From contig JAYTOU010000033.1 of NCBI GenBank assembly GCA_043747615.1, positions 96,001-160,000 of the forward strand: a DNA stretch of 64,000 bases, given 5' to 3'. Below, piece after piece: positions 9,032 through 17,763 of the stretch. The notes below the pieces were generated by a model. That model had not been told where the DNA came from and made no database searches. It saw only the letters and a program-made list of their open reading frames with translations. Both the position numbers and the translations under genes were made by a program. Positions within the stretch are counted from its first letter, which is position 1. The number at the start of each line of letters is the position of its first letter. The stretch is from Myxococcales bacterium (GTDB lineage: Bacteria > Myxococcota_A > Polyangia > Polyangiales > Polyangiaceae).

Positions 9032-9676
9032 GTGCGGGCCATGCCCCCGCGACGCGTGCTCGGCCTCGTGATCGCGATGACGCTCGCGACCATCTCCTCT
9101 GCGCCGCGGATGGCGCACGCGGACGGGCTCACGCCATCGGAGCTTTCTTCCCTCGCGCACGGCGAGACGGTAACCCGGCCCCTCACCTTCGAGCCGAATG
9201 GCCAGCGCTTCGTCGGCGGCGTGACCTACAGCATCTTGGCAGCCACGCCCGAAGAGCTTTTCGCACTTCTCGACAAGGCCGACGCGTACGTCGAAGTGCT
9301 CCCGAGGACGAAGTACGCAGAGAAGGTCTCGGGCCCCGCGCCCGATCTCTTCATCGAGCTTCACCAAGGCAACGCGCTCATCGACGCCGCGTACACCGTG
9401 CGGATCCGGAAAGAGCCTGAAAAGAAGCGGATTCGCTTCTGGCTCGAGCCCTCTCGTCCGCACGCCATCGACGACGCGTGGGGGTTTTTCCGGTACGAGC
9501 TCCTGGCAAGCGAGGACGGACAACCGCGCCTGCTCCTCACCTATGGCGCCCTCGTCGACGTGGGGCCGGGGATGCTCCGCAGCCTGTATGAGGAGCGCCT
9601 CCGCTACGCGATGCTCGCGGTCCCAGAAAACCTTCGTCGCTACCTGCTTCGGTTGAAGGCGGGACCCCCGACTTAG
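9032..9676 (+). CDS. Exported SRPBCC/START-like (polyketide cyclase/dehydrase family) protein
   Basis: Signal peptide; ATPEELFALL..YVEVLPR; beta-rich body with a C-terminal helix. Confidence 0.6.
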   Translation: MRAMPPRRVLGLVIAMTLATISSAPRMAHADGLTPSELSSLAHGETVTRPLTFEPNGQRFVGGVTYSILAATPEELFALLDKADAYVEVLPRTKYAEKVSGPAPDLFIELHQGNALIDAAYTVRIRKEPEKKRIRFWLEPSRPHAIDDAWGFFRYELLASEDGQPRLLLTYGALVDVGPGMLRSLYEERLRYAMLAVPENLRRYLLRLKAGPPT

Positions 9677-9684
9677 TGTAAATA

Positions 9685-10626
9685 GTGGCGGACGTGCTGA
9701 ACCGCGTGGCCATGATTGCGCTCAATGCCTACCGGGAGGCGGTGCGGGCGCGCGTGCTCTACGGGCTCCTCGCTCTCGCCCTCGCGAGCTGCGCATACTC
9801 GCTCGTGGTGGGAACGCTCTCGCTCCACCAAGAGCAGCGGGTCGTTGCCGATCTCGGAGCGGCGTCGATCTCGCTCTACACGATCATGGTGGCGATCGTC
9901 CTTGGCGCCACGTCTCTCCACCGCGAGCTCGAGCTAAAGACTATTTTTCCGATCCTGACGCGGCCGCTGAGGCGCCACGAGTACCTCGTCGGAAAATACC
10001 TGGGGACTCTGGGAACGCTGGCGGTGTTCATCGCCCTCGACGGAGGCGCAGTCCTCGGGATTCTCGCGCTGGAAGCCGGTCAGAAGGTGTCGCTGGTGGT
10101 CGGCGCGTCCGTGCTCCTCGCCATCATTTTGGCGGTCATGTTGGTGAGCGCGCGTTTCACTCGAGTTTTCGTGGTAATTCCGTGGTCGTTCGCGCTCTTC
10201 GCGGCGATGGCTTTGCTCGCTGCGCCCGCCGGCGGTGAACGGCAGCTCGTGCTTGCGTCCGCCGCGCTCACCCTGATGGAGGCGATGATCGTGACCGCGG
10301 TCGCCACGTTGTTTGCGTCGTTCTCGTCGCCGTTCCTCACCGCGATCTTCACGATCGGAGTCTTTCTTGTCGGGCGCTCTGCCGACACTCTCGCGAATCT
10401 TCCGGCGCGCTACTTCGGCCAGACCATCCATGAGATTGGTCGCGCACTGTCGCACGTCGTACCGAACCTCAACGTTTACGTCCCGCCGCGCGCGCTCCTC
10501 TTGGGTCAAGTGATCGACGCGCCGGTATGGTCGTTCGTCGGGGCCGCCGGTGTGCAAGCGATCCTCTGTTCGACCTTGTTGCTGGCGCTCGGTGCGCTCA
10601 TCTTTCGCAAACGCGATTTCGAGTGA
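9685..10626 (+). CDS. ABC-2 type transporter permease (PilI-like)
   Basis: IALNAYREAVRARVLY, RELELKTIFPILTRPLRRHEYLVGKYLG, C-terminal FRKRDF; multiple TM segments. Confidence 0.85.
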   Translation: MADVLNRVAMIALNAYREAVRARVLYGLLALALASCAYSLVVGTLSLHQEQRVVADLGAASISLYTIMVAIVLGATSLHRELELKTIFPILTRPLRRHEYLVGKYLGTLGTLAVFIALDGGAVLGILALEAGQKVSLVVGASVLLAIILAVMLVSARFTRVFVVIPWSFALFAAMALLAAPAGGERQLVLASAALTLMEAMIVTAVATLFASFSSPFLTAIFTIGVFLVGRSADTLANLPARYFGQTIHEIGRALSHVVPNLNVYVPPRALLLGQVIDAPVWSFVGAAGVQAILCSTLLLALGALIFRKRDFE

Positions 10627-11222
10627 AGCCTCCGGGGCGATTGAGCGCCTTCGGAGGCCGCGTGCTCGTCGGGTTGGTCGGGGTCGCGCTGATCGTTCTC
10701 GCGGGAGGAGCACACGAGCTCACGGTCGGCGCGCGGGCCATGCGCGAAAGCGACGAAGCCTTCGCCCGCGGAGACGTCCCGACCGCCATCGTGCGCGCCC
10801 ACGCCGCTGCCGAAGCGATGGTGCCAACCAGCCCGTACCCCGCACGTGGCTACGCTCGGCTCGACACCCTAGCGCGAGACGCCGAAGCGCGAGGTGACGA
10901 CGCGAGCGCGGCCTCTGCGTGGCGCGCAATGCGTTCGGCCGCCAAGGCGACGCGCACCAGCGAGCCCTGGCTCGAACGCGCAAATCGGGGGATTTTTCGA
11001 GCGGGAGCGCGTGCTGCACGCAGCCCGGAGGATGTGAGCCGCTGCGTCGGCAGCACGTCGGCAACCTGCGATCCGAGCGCGATCGAAAAGCGAATCGGCG
11101 ACGCGCTCGTCGAAGACGATACGCCGGGGACGCCCACCTTTCTTCTTGTCGGGTTCGCCAGCATTTTCTTTTTTTTCGGAGTCACACATCTTTTAGGGCG
11201 CGTCTGGCGGGCGGAGCATTAG
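10623..11222 (+). CDS. Hypothetical membrane protein with N- and C-terminal TM helices and a helical middle
   Basis: GTG overlaps the permease stop (GTGA); two hydrophobic segments. Confidence 0.6.
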   Translation: MKPPGRLSAFGGRVLVGLVGVALIVLAGGAHELTVGARAMRESDEAFARGDVPTAIVRAHAAAEAMVPTSPYPARGYARLDTLARDAEARGDDASAASAWRAMRSAAKATRTSEPWLERANRGIFRAGARAARSPEDVSRCVGSTSATCDPSAIEKRIGDALVEDDTPGTPTFLLVGFASIFFFFGVTHLLGRVWRAEH

Positions 11223-11255
11223 GGCGGGCCCCGTGGTAGAGTCCGGCGCCAAATC

Positions 11256-11768
11256 GTGGAAAAAGAGCGAATAGCGCCGGTTGCGGACGGCGAAATCCTA
11301 GCCGGCAAGTACCGAGTGGAGCGCGTCCTCGGCGTAGGCGGTATGGGCGTCGGGAGTGATCTCGGCCATCGGGTCGAGAGCCCGCGCAGCGTCGACGAGT
11401 GCATCAACTACCTCCTCCAAGCGTGCGAGGCGGCCGCCGGGGCTATCACAACCATCCTCCTCATCGGCGGAGTGCTCGTCTTCCAAACGATGCAGCCGTC
11501 GTCCCCGCCGCCGGTCGCTTCGGCGCCGAGCGCTGCTTTCATCCCCTCCGCGGCCAAGCCGCTCGTGATCGAGACGAGCGAGACGGTCGGTGCTCCAAGC
11601 GTGACGGCCGCAGTGGCTGTCTCCGTACCGCGCGTGCCGACGAAGCCGAAACCCAGATCGCATCGTGTACGCATCGGTCGTCGCGTCCGCGGCAGCGTTT
11701 CCGTCGCGAGCGTATGCCCAGGGAGCATCGAGCCAGGCCGCGGCGCAGGCGCTCTTCGACCAGGGTAA
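11256..11768 (+). pseudogene. Ser/Thr protein kinase remnant with internal deletions
   Basis: AGKYRVERVLGVGGMGV (subdomain I) joined directly to GSDL..INYLLQACEA (V-VIa), then a TM segment and Pro-rich tail; no VAIK, HRD, DFG or APE. Confidence 0.8.
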
Positions 11769-11945
11769 GCGCGTGATGACCGCGGGGGCGCTCACCGAAG
11801 CGTGCCCCAAGTTCGCGGAGAGCCAGAAGCTCGACCCAGGGGCCGGAACGTTGCTCAACCTCGCTGCGTGCTACGAGCGCAACGGGCAGACGGCGAGTGC
11901 GTGGGCTACGTACACCGACGCCGCGATCGCCGCGGAGCGTGACGA
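11665..11945 (+). pseudogene. TPR (PEGA-associated type) protein fragment
   Basis: AQALFDQGKRVM..ACPKFAESQKLDPGAGTLLNLAACYERNGQTASAW; similarity ends near 11945 and the signal peptide is incomplete. Confidence 0.75.
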
Positions 11946-12532
11946 TGGACTCGCCCTTCGCCGTGCTTCATGCGAGCAAGCTCGACGGCGGAGGCCTCCT
12001 CGAGTTCCCGACGAGCAACTCGCCGTTCCATGTCGCAGTCGATCCGAACAATTTGTACTGGACGAACAACGGCAACAACGTCCTCGGCCTACCTATCGAC
12101 GGTGGCGCGCTTCTCACGCTCGGCGCTCTCCTCGGTGACCGCGCGGGAGGGATCACGACCGATTCGACAGGGATTTACTGGGGGGTCGAATTCAACGCTG
12201 GCTCGGGTAGCGTCAACAAAAGCACCGCGACCGATGGCGCCATCCTAAAATCCTACGGTATGAAAAACCCTAATCCAGTCAACATCGTCGTCGACGCGAC
12301 GCACATCTACTGGACCAATCTCGGCACGGTCAGCGGCGCGATGGACATGGTGACGAGCGACGGCTCGGTGCTGAGCTGTCCGCGCGACGGTTGCGACAAG
12401 GGCGAGGGTTTGAAGACGCTTGCCGGCTCGCAGCACAACGCGCTCGGGCTCGCGCAGGACAACGACGCCATCTACTGGACGACGAATCCGCCCGGCAACG
12501 CGGGCACGATCATGAAGGTCGCGAAGCCGTAG
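11945..12532 (+). pseudogene. C-terminal fragment of a YWT-repeat beta-propeller protein
   Basis: Repeats VAVDPNNLYWTN, ITTDSTGIYWG, IVVDATHIYWTN, LAQDNDAIYWTT; no signal peptide; could still be translated from ATG 11945. Confidence 0.65.
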
Positions 12533-12580
12533 AACGCCTCAGGGGGTTACGGTTTCGGCGGCGATGTGGCAAATACGTGC

Positions 12581-14140
12581 ATGGCCCAAGTCCCGATGGA
12601 CGAGCGGAAGGTCGCCGAGTGCCGTGAGCTCGCGGCCGACATCGCCGACGACGTCCAGACCTACATCAATCAACACACGAGCGTCGGCGCGGAGCGGACG
12701 TTCCTCCGCGCGTACGGCGTCGATGGCGTCGACGACGAAGGCGCGCCTCTCGTCAACTTAGCGATCGATCGCCTCCGAAAAGCCGGAACTCTCGGTCACG
12801 GAATTGGCTATTTTTTAGGGCGATCGCTGCTTTCTGGCGCAGCCACGCCGCAAGACGCGGCAGAGCGTTTGGCGTTCGGTCACGAGCTCGACGACGGCAC
12901 GGGCGGCCCCTCGCTCGACGAAGTGCGCGCTGTCCTCGCGCCACACGCAAAGGCGGCGATGGACCGCATCGATCGCGCGCGCGAAGAACGCGAGGCGCTG
13001 AAGGCCCGCATGAAGCCTGGTCCCGCGCCCCTCAAGTACGTCATCGTCGCCACCGGCAACATCTACGACGACGCCGTTCAAGCCAAAGCCGCGGCCCACG
13101 CCGGCGGAGACATCGTGGCCGTCATCCGAGCGACGGCGCAATCGCTCCTCGACTACGTCCCGCACGGTGCAACCACCGAAGGCTACGGCGGAACCTTCGC
13201 CACCCAGGAAAACTTCAAGATCATTCGGCGGGCAACAGACGAAGCGAGCGAGGAATACGGGCGCTACATCCACCAGACGAACTACTCGTCCGGACTGTGC
13301 ATGAGCGAAATCGCCTGGATGGCGGCCGTTGAACGCCTCGACATGCTTCTCAACGACGCCATGTACGGGATCCTCTTTCGCGACATCAACATGTGTCGCA
13401 ACTTCATCGACCAGTACGTCTCGCGGCGCTTCATCGCCCGCTCGCGGATCATCATCAACACCGGAGAGGACAATTACCTCACCACCGCCGACGCGGTCGA
13501 AAAGGCCCACACCGTCCTTGCCAGCCAGTTCATCAACGAAGCGTTTGCGGCGCGAGCCGGAGTTCGGCCGGAAGAAATGGGACTCGGCCACGCCTACGAA
13601 ATCGACCCTTGGATCGAGGACAGCTTCCTCCTCGAGCTCGCCCAGGCGCAGCTCATTCGACAAATTTTTCCGAAGAGCCCCATCAAGTGGATGCCGCCTA
13701 CGAAGCACAAGGTGGGAGACATCTTCTTCGCCCACGTGCACGACGCGATGTTCAACCTCGTCGGCGTCACCACCGCGCAATCGATCGAGCTCCTCGGCAT
13801 GTTCAGCGAGGCCGTCCACAATCCGATGCTCATGGACCGCTACCTCTCACTCAAGGCCACACGCTACGTGTTCAGCGCCGCCAAGCACCTGGGAGACGAG
13901 ATCACGTTCAAGCCCGACGGGCTCATCGCCAAGCGCGCCGAGACGGTGCTCACCGAGGCCCGCGAGCTCCTCAGCGAGGTGAAGCGTGACACGATCTGGA
14001 CGTCGATCGGCAACGGCGCATTCGCCGACGTGAAGCGCACGCGCACGGGCGGAAAAGGCTACGCAGGGGTCGTGGAGCGTGACAAAGACTACGTGAATCC
14101 GATTCTGGAGGAGCTCGAGCGCCATGCACCCGCTGAATAA
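12581..14140 (+). CDS. kamD: Lysine 5,6-aminomutase alpha subunit
   Basis: HTSVGAERT, YVIVATGNIYDD, VIRATAQSLLDYVPHGATTEGYGGTFATQENF, NYSSGLCMSE, INTGEDNYLTTADA, KWMPPTKH. Confidence 0.95.
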   Translation: MAQVPMDERKVAECRELAADIADDVQTYINQHTSVGAERTFLRAYGVDGVDDEGAPLVNLAIDRLRKAGTLGHGIGYFLGRSLLSGAATPQDAAERLAFGHELDDGTGGPSLDEVRAVLAPHAKAAMDRIDRAREEREALKARMKPGPAPLKYVIVATGNIYDDAVQAKAAAHAGGDIVAVIRATAQSLLDYVPHGATTEGYGGTFATQENFKIIRRATDEASEEYGRYIHQTNYSSGLCMSEIAWMAAVERLDMLLNDAMYGILFRDINMCRNFIDQYVSRRFIARSRIIINTGEDNYLTTADAVEKAHTVLASQFINEAFAARAGVRPEEMGLGHAYEIDPWIEDSFLLELAQAQLIRQIFPKSPIKWMPPTKHKVGDIFFAHVHDAMFNLVGVTTAQSIELLGMFSEAVHNPMLMDRYLSLKATRYVFSAAKHLGDEITFKPDGLIAKRAETVLTEARELLSEVKRDTIWTSIGNGAFADVKRTRTGGKGYAGVVERDKDYVNPILEELERHAPAE

Positions 14141-14897
14141 TCCGAGCCGTCCGCTCCGCGCCTACGGCGATCGCGAAGGCGACGGCATGGTGCAAATGTC
14201 GTTCGTGCTCCAGGTTCCGCCTTCGGTGCGCGCGCGGGAAGCGGCCAAGCGTTTCGCCGAGCTGCACGGGTTGAAAGAGCCGCTCGTCGCCACGATGGAA
14301 GAGTGCGCGAAGGGCTATTCGTTCTTTGTGGTCTACGGTCACTCCACGCACTCCGTCGATTTTTCGCAAATCGAAGTGCCGGAGGTGCGGACCGAAGCAC
14401 TCTCGCGAGAGCAGATCGAACACCGGATCAAGACGCGCCACGGGAAGAAGATCATCGTTGTCGGCGCGTGCACCGGCTCCGACGCTCACACCGTCGGGAT
14501 CGACGCGGTACTCAATTACAAGGGCTACGCGGGTGACAAAGGCCTCGAGAGTTACAAAATGTTCGAGGCTTACAACTTGGGGGCGCAGGTCGAAAACGAG
14601 CAGCTCGCCGAACGCGCGCGCGCTCTTCAGGCCGATGCGATCCTGGTGAGTCAGGTGATCACGCAGCGGAATTGCCACAAGGAGAACGCCGCCGCGCTCA
14701 TTGATCTAGCCAAAAAACAGGGCTGGCGTGACAGCGTGGTGATGCTCCTCGGCGGCCCGCGGATCGATCACAAGCTCGCGCTCGAGCTCGGGTATGACGC
14801 TGGGTTCGGCCCGGGAACCAAGCCGAGCGACGTGGCGTCGTTTCTCGTCGAGACGATTTGCGGCGTTGAGCCTGCGATCACGATCGACTCGACCTGA
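14124..14897 (+). CDS. kamE: Lysine 5,6-aminomutase beta subunit (cobalamin-binding)
   Basis: YGDREGDGMVQMSF; DAHTVGID (DxHxxG B12 motif); NYKGYAG with the PLP lysine; GGPRI..GYDAGFGPG. Confidence 0.95.
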   Translation: MHPLNNPSRPLRAYGDREGDGMVQMSFVLQVPPSVRAREAAKRFAELHGLKEPLVATMEECAKGYSFFVVYGHSTHSVDFSQIEVPEVRTEALSREQIEHRIKTRHGKKIIVVGACTGSDAHTVGIDAVLNYKGYAGDKGLESYKMFEAYNLGAQVENEQLAERARALQADAILVSQVITQRNCHKENAAALIDLAKKQGWRDSVVMLLGGPRIDHKLALELGYDAGFGPGTKPSDVASFLVETICGVEPAITIDST

Positions 14898-14935
14898 CGA
14901 CTCCGACGTTTGCCCGCGGACTCGAGCCGCGCGAG

Positions 14936-16294
14936 CTAGAGCCCGTGCTTGCGCATCAGACGATAGAGATACGTCCGATCGACCCCGGCGTGCTGCGCGG
15001 CGACTGCCACGTTTCGCTCGTGTCGCTCGAGGATCCGCTCGACGTAGGTGCGCTCACCGAAATCGACCCACTGCTCGCGGAAGCTCTTGAACTCCTGCGC
15101 GAAGGAGACTTCGGACGAGGCGGGCGTGCTCTCGTTCGCCCTGCTCGGCGCCAGCGTGATCGCGATCGTCGTCTCTCCGGTACGAGAGCTCTCGGCGCCC
15201 GAGCTCAACGCGAGCGCCTCGATCGCACCGAGCGCAAGGACGCGTTCGACGAAGTTTCGAAGCTCACGCACGTTGCCGCGCCAGGGCCGCCTCGTGAGCT
15301 CCAAGAGCGTCTCGTTATCCAAGACGGCTGGCGCGGAGAGCGGGAGGAAGTGGGAGACGAGCAGCGCGATGTCCTCCGGCCGCTTGCGGAGCGGAGGGAC
15401 GTTGATCGGGAGCACGGCGAGGCGGAAATACAGGTCTTCGCGAAACTCGCCGGCGTTGACCATGGTCAAGAGATCGCGATGCGTGGCGCAAATGAAGCGA
15501 ACGTTCACTTTGCGATGTGTCGTCTCGCCGATACGGCGAACGGTGCGGGACTCCAGGATCCGAAGGAGCTTTGGCTGCATCGAGATCGGCAGCTCGCCGA
15601 TCTCGTCGAGGAACACCGTGCCATTGTCGGCTGCCTCGATCGCGCCCTCCCGATGCGAGGTGGCCCCCGTGAACGATCCTTTGGCGTGACCGAAGAGCTC
15701 CGATTCGAGGAGCGTGTCTTTGAGCGCGGCGCAGTCCACGACAACGAACGGGCGATCGGCGCGCGGCGAGCTCTCGTGAATCGCCCTCGCCACGAGCTCT
15801 TTGCCGGTCCCCGTCTCGCCCATGATGAGGACCGACGACTCGAGCGGCGCCAAGTGGGCGAGCGAAGCGAAGAGGGTGCGCATGAGCGCGCTCTCCCCAA
15901 CCAGTGAGCAAAAGCGGTTGTTCGGCCAGAGCCTCTCGGAGACGACCTCGGTGCGGAGGCAGTTCACCTGAATCAGGACGGAGCCCAGCTTGATCTTGGC
16001 GCCGTCGCGGACGCGAGCGACCTGAATGAAGACGTCATCCACGTACGTGCCATTGCGACTTCCGACATCGCGAAGCCAGAGGCCGTCGACACGGAGCTCG
16101 AACTCCGCGTGAAGGCGCGACACCGTCGGATGCTGGACGACAACGCCGTTCGCGGTAGCCGAGCCCACGGTGGCACCCTGCTGTAGCCTTGCCGTGTGGG
16201 AGCCGGCGAGGTCCGTCCAAGACAGGACGTGCACCCCGCGTGGCGCGCGGAAGGCAACGGAGAGCTGCGTTTCCTCGAGTGGCTCGGAGGTCAT
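14936..16294 (-). CDS. FHA-domain sigma54-dependent enhancer-binding protein (Fis-type HTH)
   Basis: FHA motifs VSRLHA and GSRNGT; GETGTGKE; ESELFGHAKGSFTGA; FLDEIGE; FREDLYFRL; WRGNVRELRN; C-terminal HTH. Confidence 0.95.
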   Translation of the reverse strand: MTSEPLEETQLSVAFRAPRGVHVLSWTDLAGSHTARLQQGATVGSATANGVVVQHPTVSRLHAEFELRVDGLWLRDVGSRNGTYVDDVFIQVARVRDGAKIKLGSVLIQVNCLRTEVVSERLWPNNRFCSLVGESALMRTLFASLAHLAPLESSVLIMGETGTGKELVARAIHESSPRADRPFVVVDCAALKDTLLESELFGHAKGSFTGATSHREGAIEAADNGTVFLDEIGELPISMQPKLLRILESRTVRRIGETTHRKVNVRFICATHRDLLTMVNAGEFREDLYFRLAVLPINVPPLRKRPEDIALLVSHFLPLSAPAVLDNETLLELTRRPWRGNVRELRNFVERVLALGAIEALALSSGAESSRTGETTIAITLAPSRANESTPASSEVSFAQEFKSFREQWVDFGERTYVERILERHERNVAVAAQHAGVDRTYLYRLMRKHGL

Positions 16295-16468
16295 CGGCGA
16301 ACTATAAGGTGTCGCGACGCCGTGAGATAGATGCCTTCAAGCGATGCCGTGCGGGCCGAAAAACTGCCTCATGCCATGAACGATCGCCTCGACGAAGGCA
16401 GGCACTGCTACGCGCACTGCCACGCGATGAGCAAGGCTTCCACATGCGCCCGCTCGTATCCGGGCTCA

Positions 16469-17749
16469 CTACGCGTCAGCTACGTCTACCGCCAGCTCCA
16501 TCCAGCGGGTGACGGTTTCGTCTCCTGTCTTCCAGGGGAGATCGGCGAGGTCGTGGGTGAAGGCGGGGCTTGCGTCATCTCCTCCCCGCGCCTCGCTGTA
16601 CTTCGTGAAGGCTGCCTTGAGGATGGCGATCTCCGCTGTGAGATTTTCGTTCGCGGCGAGGAGCTCTTTTTCGAGATGGCGGAAGATCGCCTGAAGCTTC
16701 TTGTCGACCTTGGGATCGAGGGGCTTCGCTTTGCTGCGGCTGCCCCCAACGAAGGCAAGCGCCGCGTGGGCGTGCGCGGCTTCTTTCGGATCGGTAATCG
16801 CCTCGAGGACCGGCCGCGCATACGCCCGATGCGAAACGAGCCACACTGCGGCCTCGGCCTTCACGAGATCCGACGCGAGGAGCCACATCACCACCCGGAC
16901 CATTCCCGGATGCTGGATGGTTCCATGCTCGTGGATGATGCGCTTTTGCAGCCAGCCCGGGAGGCGGAGGAGCTTGCCCATCTTCACGTGATCGAGGAGG
17001 TCGGCCCCCGCGACGTAAAAGAAGCGAGGTGAGTACCAGTGCTCCGATCCGAGCGGGTCGAACATGTCGCGGAGTGCGCCGCGGTCACCTCGCTCCATCG
17101 CCACGGGAAGGGCGAACGACTGCATTCTTTTCCCGCTGCGAAGGGGCGCGTCTCGATCGACGAGGAGCGCGAGGCGGTCGGCGAAGAGGCTCTTCGAGCT
17201 CAAGGCACGTAGGGGCTTCGTGAGCGCCGTGAAGCGATCGACCGGTAGGCGTAGGCCAAGGCAGCCGAGTGCGTTCGCGAGGTGGAATGCGTGATCGCGC
17301 GGATCGGCCGCATCTTCCCAGAGCTTGGGGCTCTTCGCGGCGAGCACGAAGCGTGACACCAGCGCCTCCGCCACCGGCTCTGCGCCGAGGATCGCCTCGA
17401 GAAGAAACACGGCGTCGAGAACGCGAAACTCGTAGCTCTCGGCGGCGAGCGACGGGCAGAGGCGGTCGATCACCTCGCCAAGCACGTAGTCGTCGACGCC
17501 TCGCGGGTCGGCGATTGCCTTCTTCCGCGCATCGATGTCGTCCCTTCCATGCATCATCGCTCGCAAGAAGGCGGAGGCCACGTCGCGGTGCACGTCCACG
17601 CCGAACACGGGAGAGCGCGACGAGAGCTCCTCGACGAGCGTGGTGACGATCGCCCGACGGGCGAGGGGCGCGTCGACTACCCGCCGGAGATGCGGCCATC
17701 CCTGGGCGTAGAGCGCGTCGTCTTCCTTCGAGAAGGAAAAGGTAACCAC
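16469..17749 (-). CDS. Hypothetical helical protein
   Basis: 426-aa ORF with natural amino-acid composition, 14 bp downstream of the lptD-like gene on the same strand. Confidence 0.7.
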   Translation of the reverse strand: MVTFSFSKEDDALYAQGWPHLRRVVDAPLARRAIVTTLVEELSSRSPVFGVDVHRDVASAFLRAMMHGRDDIDARKKAIADPRGVDDYVLGEVIDRLCPSLAAESYEFRVLDAVFLLEAILGAEPVAEALVSRFVLAAKSPKLWEDAADPRDHAFHLANALGCLGLRLPVDRFTALTKPLRALSSKSLFADRLALLVDRDAPLRSGKRMQSFALPVAMERGDRGALRDMFDPLGSEHWYSPRFFYVAGADLLDHVKMGKLLRLPGWLQKRIIHEHGTIQHPGMVRVVMWLLASDLVKAEAAVWLVSHRAYARPVLEAITDPKEAAHAHAALAFVGGSRSKAKPLDPKVDKKLQAIFRHLEKELLAANENLTAEIAILKAAFTKYSEARGGDDASPAFTHDLADLPWKTGDETVTRWMELAVDVADA

Positions 17750-17763
17750 GTTGCTAGCCTACG

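Noticed and set aside
9685..10626. ABC permease without an adjacent ATPase as a novel system
   Set aside because: Split ABC loci are common; the partner is probably elsewhere in the genome
12567..12582. TGGCAAATACGTGCAT upstream of kamD as a sigma54 promoter
   Set aside because: GG-GC spacing is 9 rather than 10, and it runs into the start codon
15660..15690. GSFTGA instead of GAFTGA in the sigma54 activator
   Set aside because: A common functional variant
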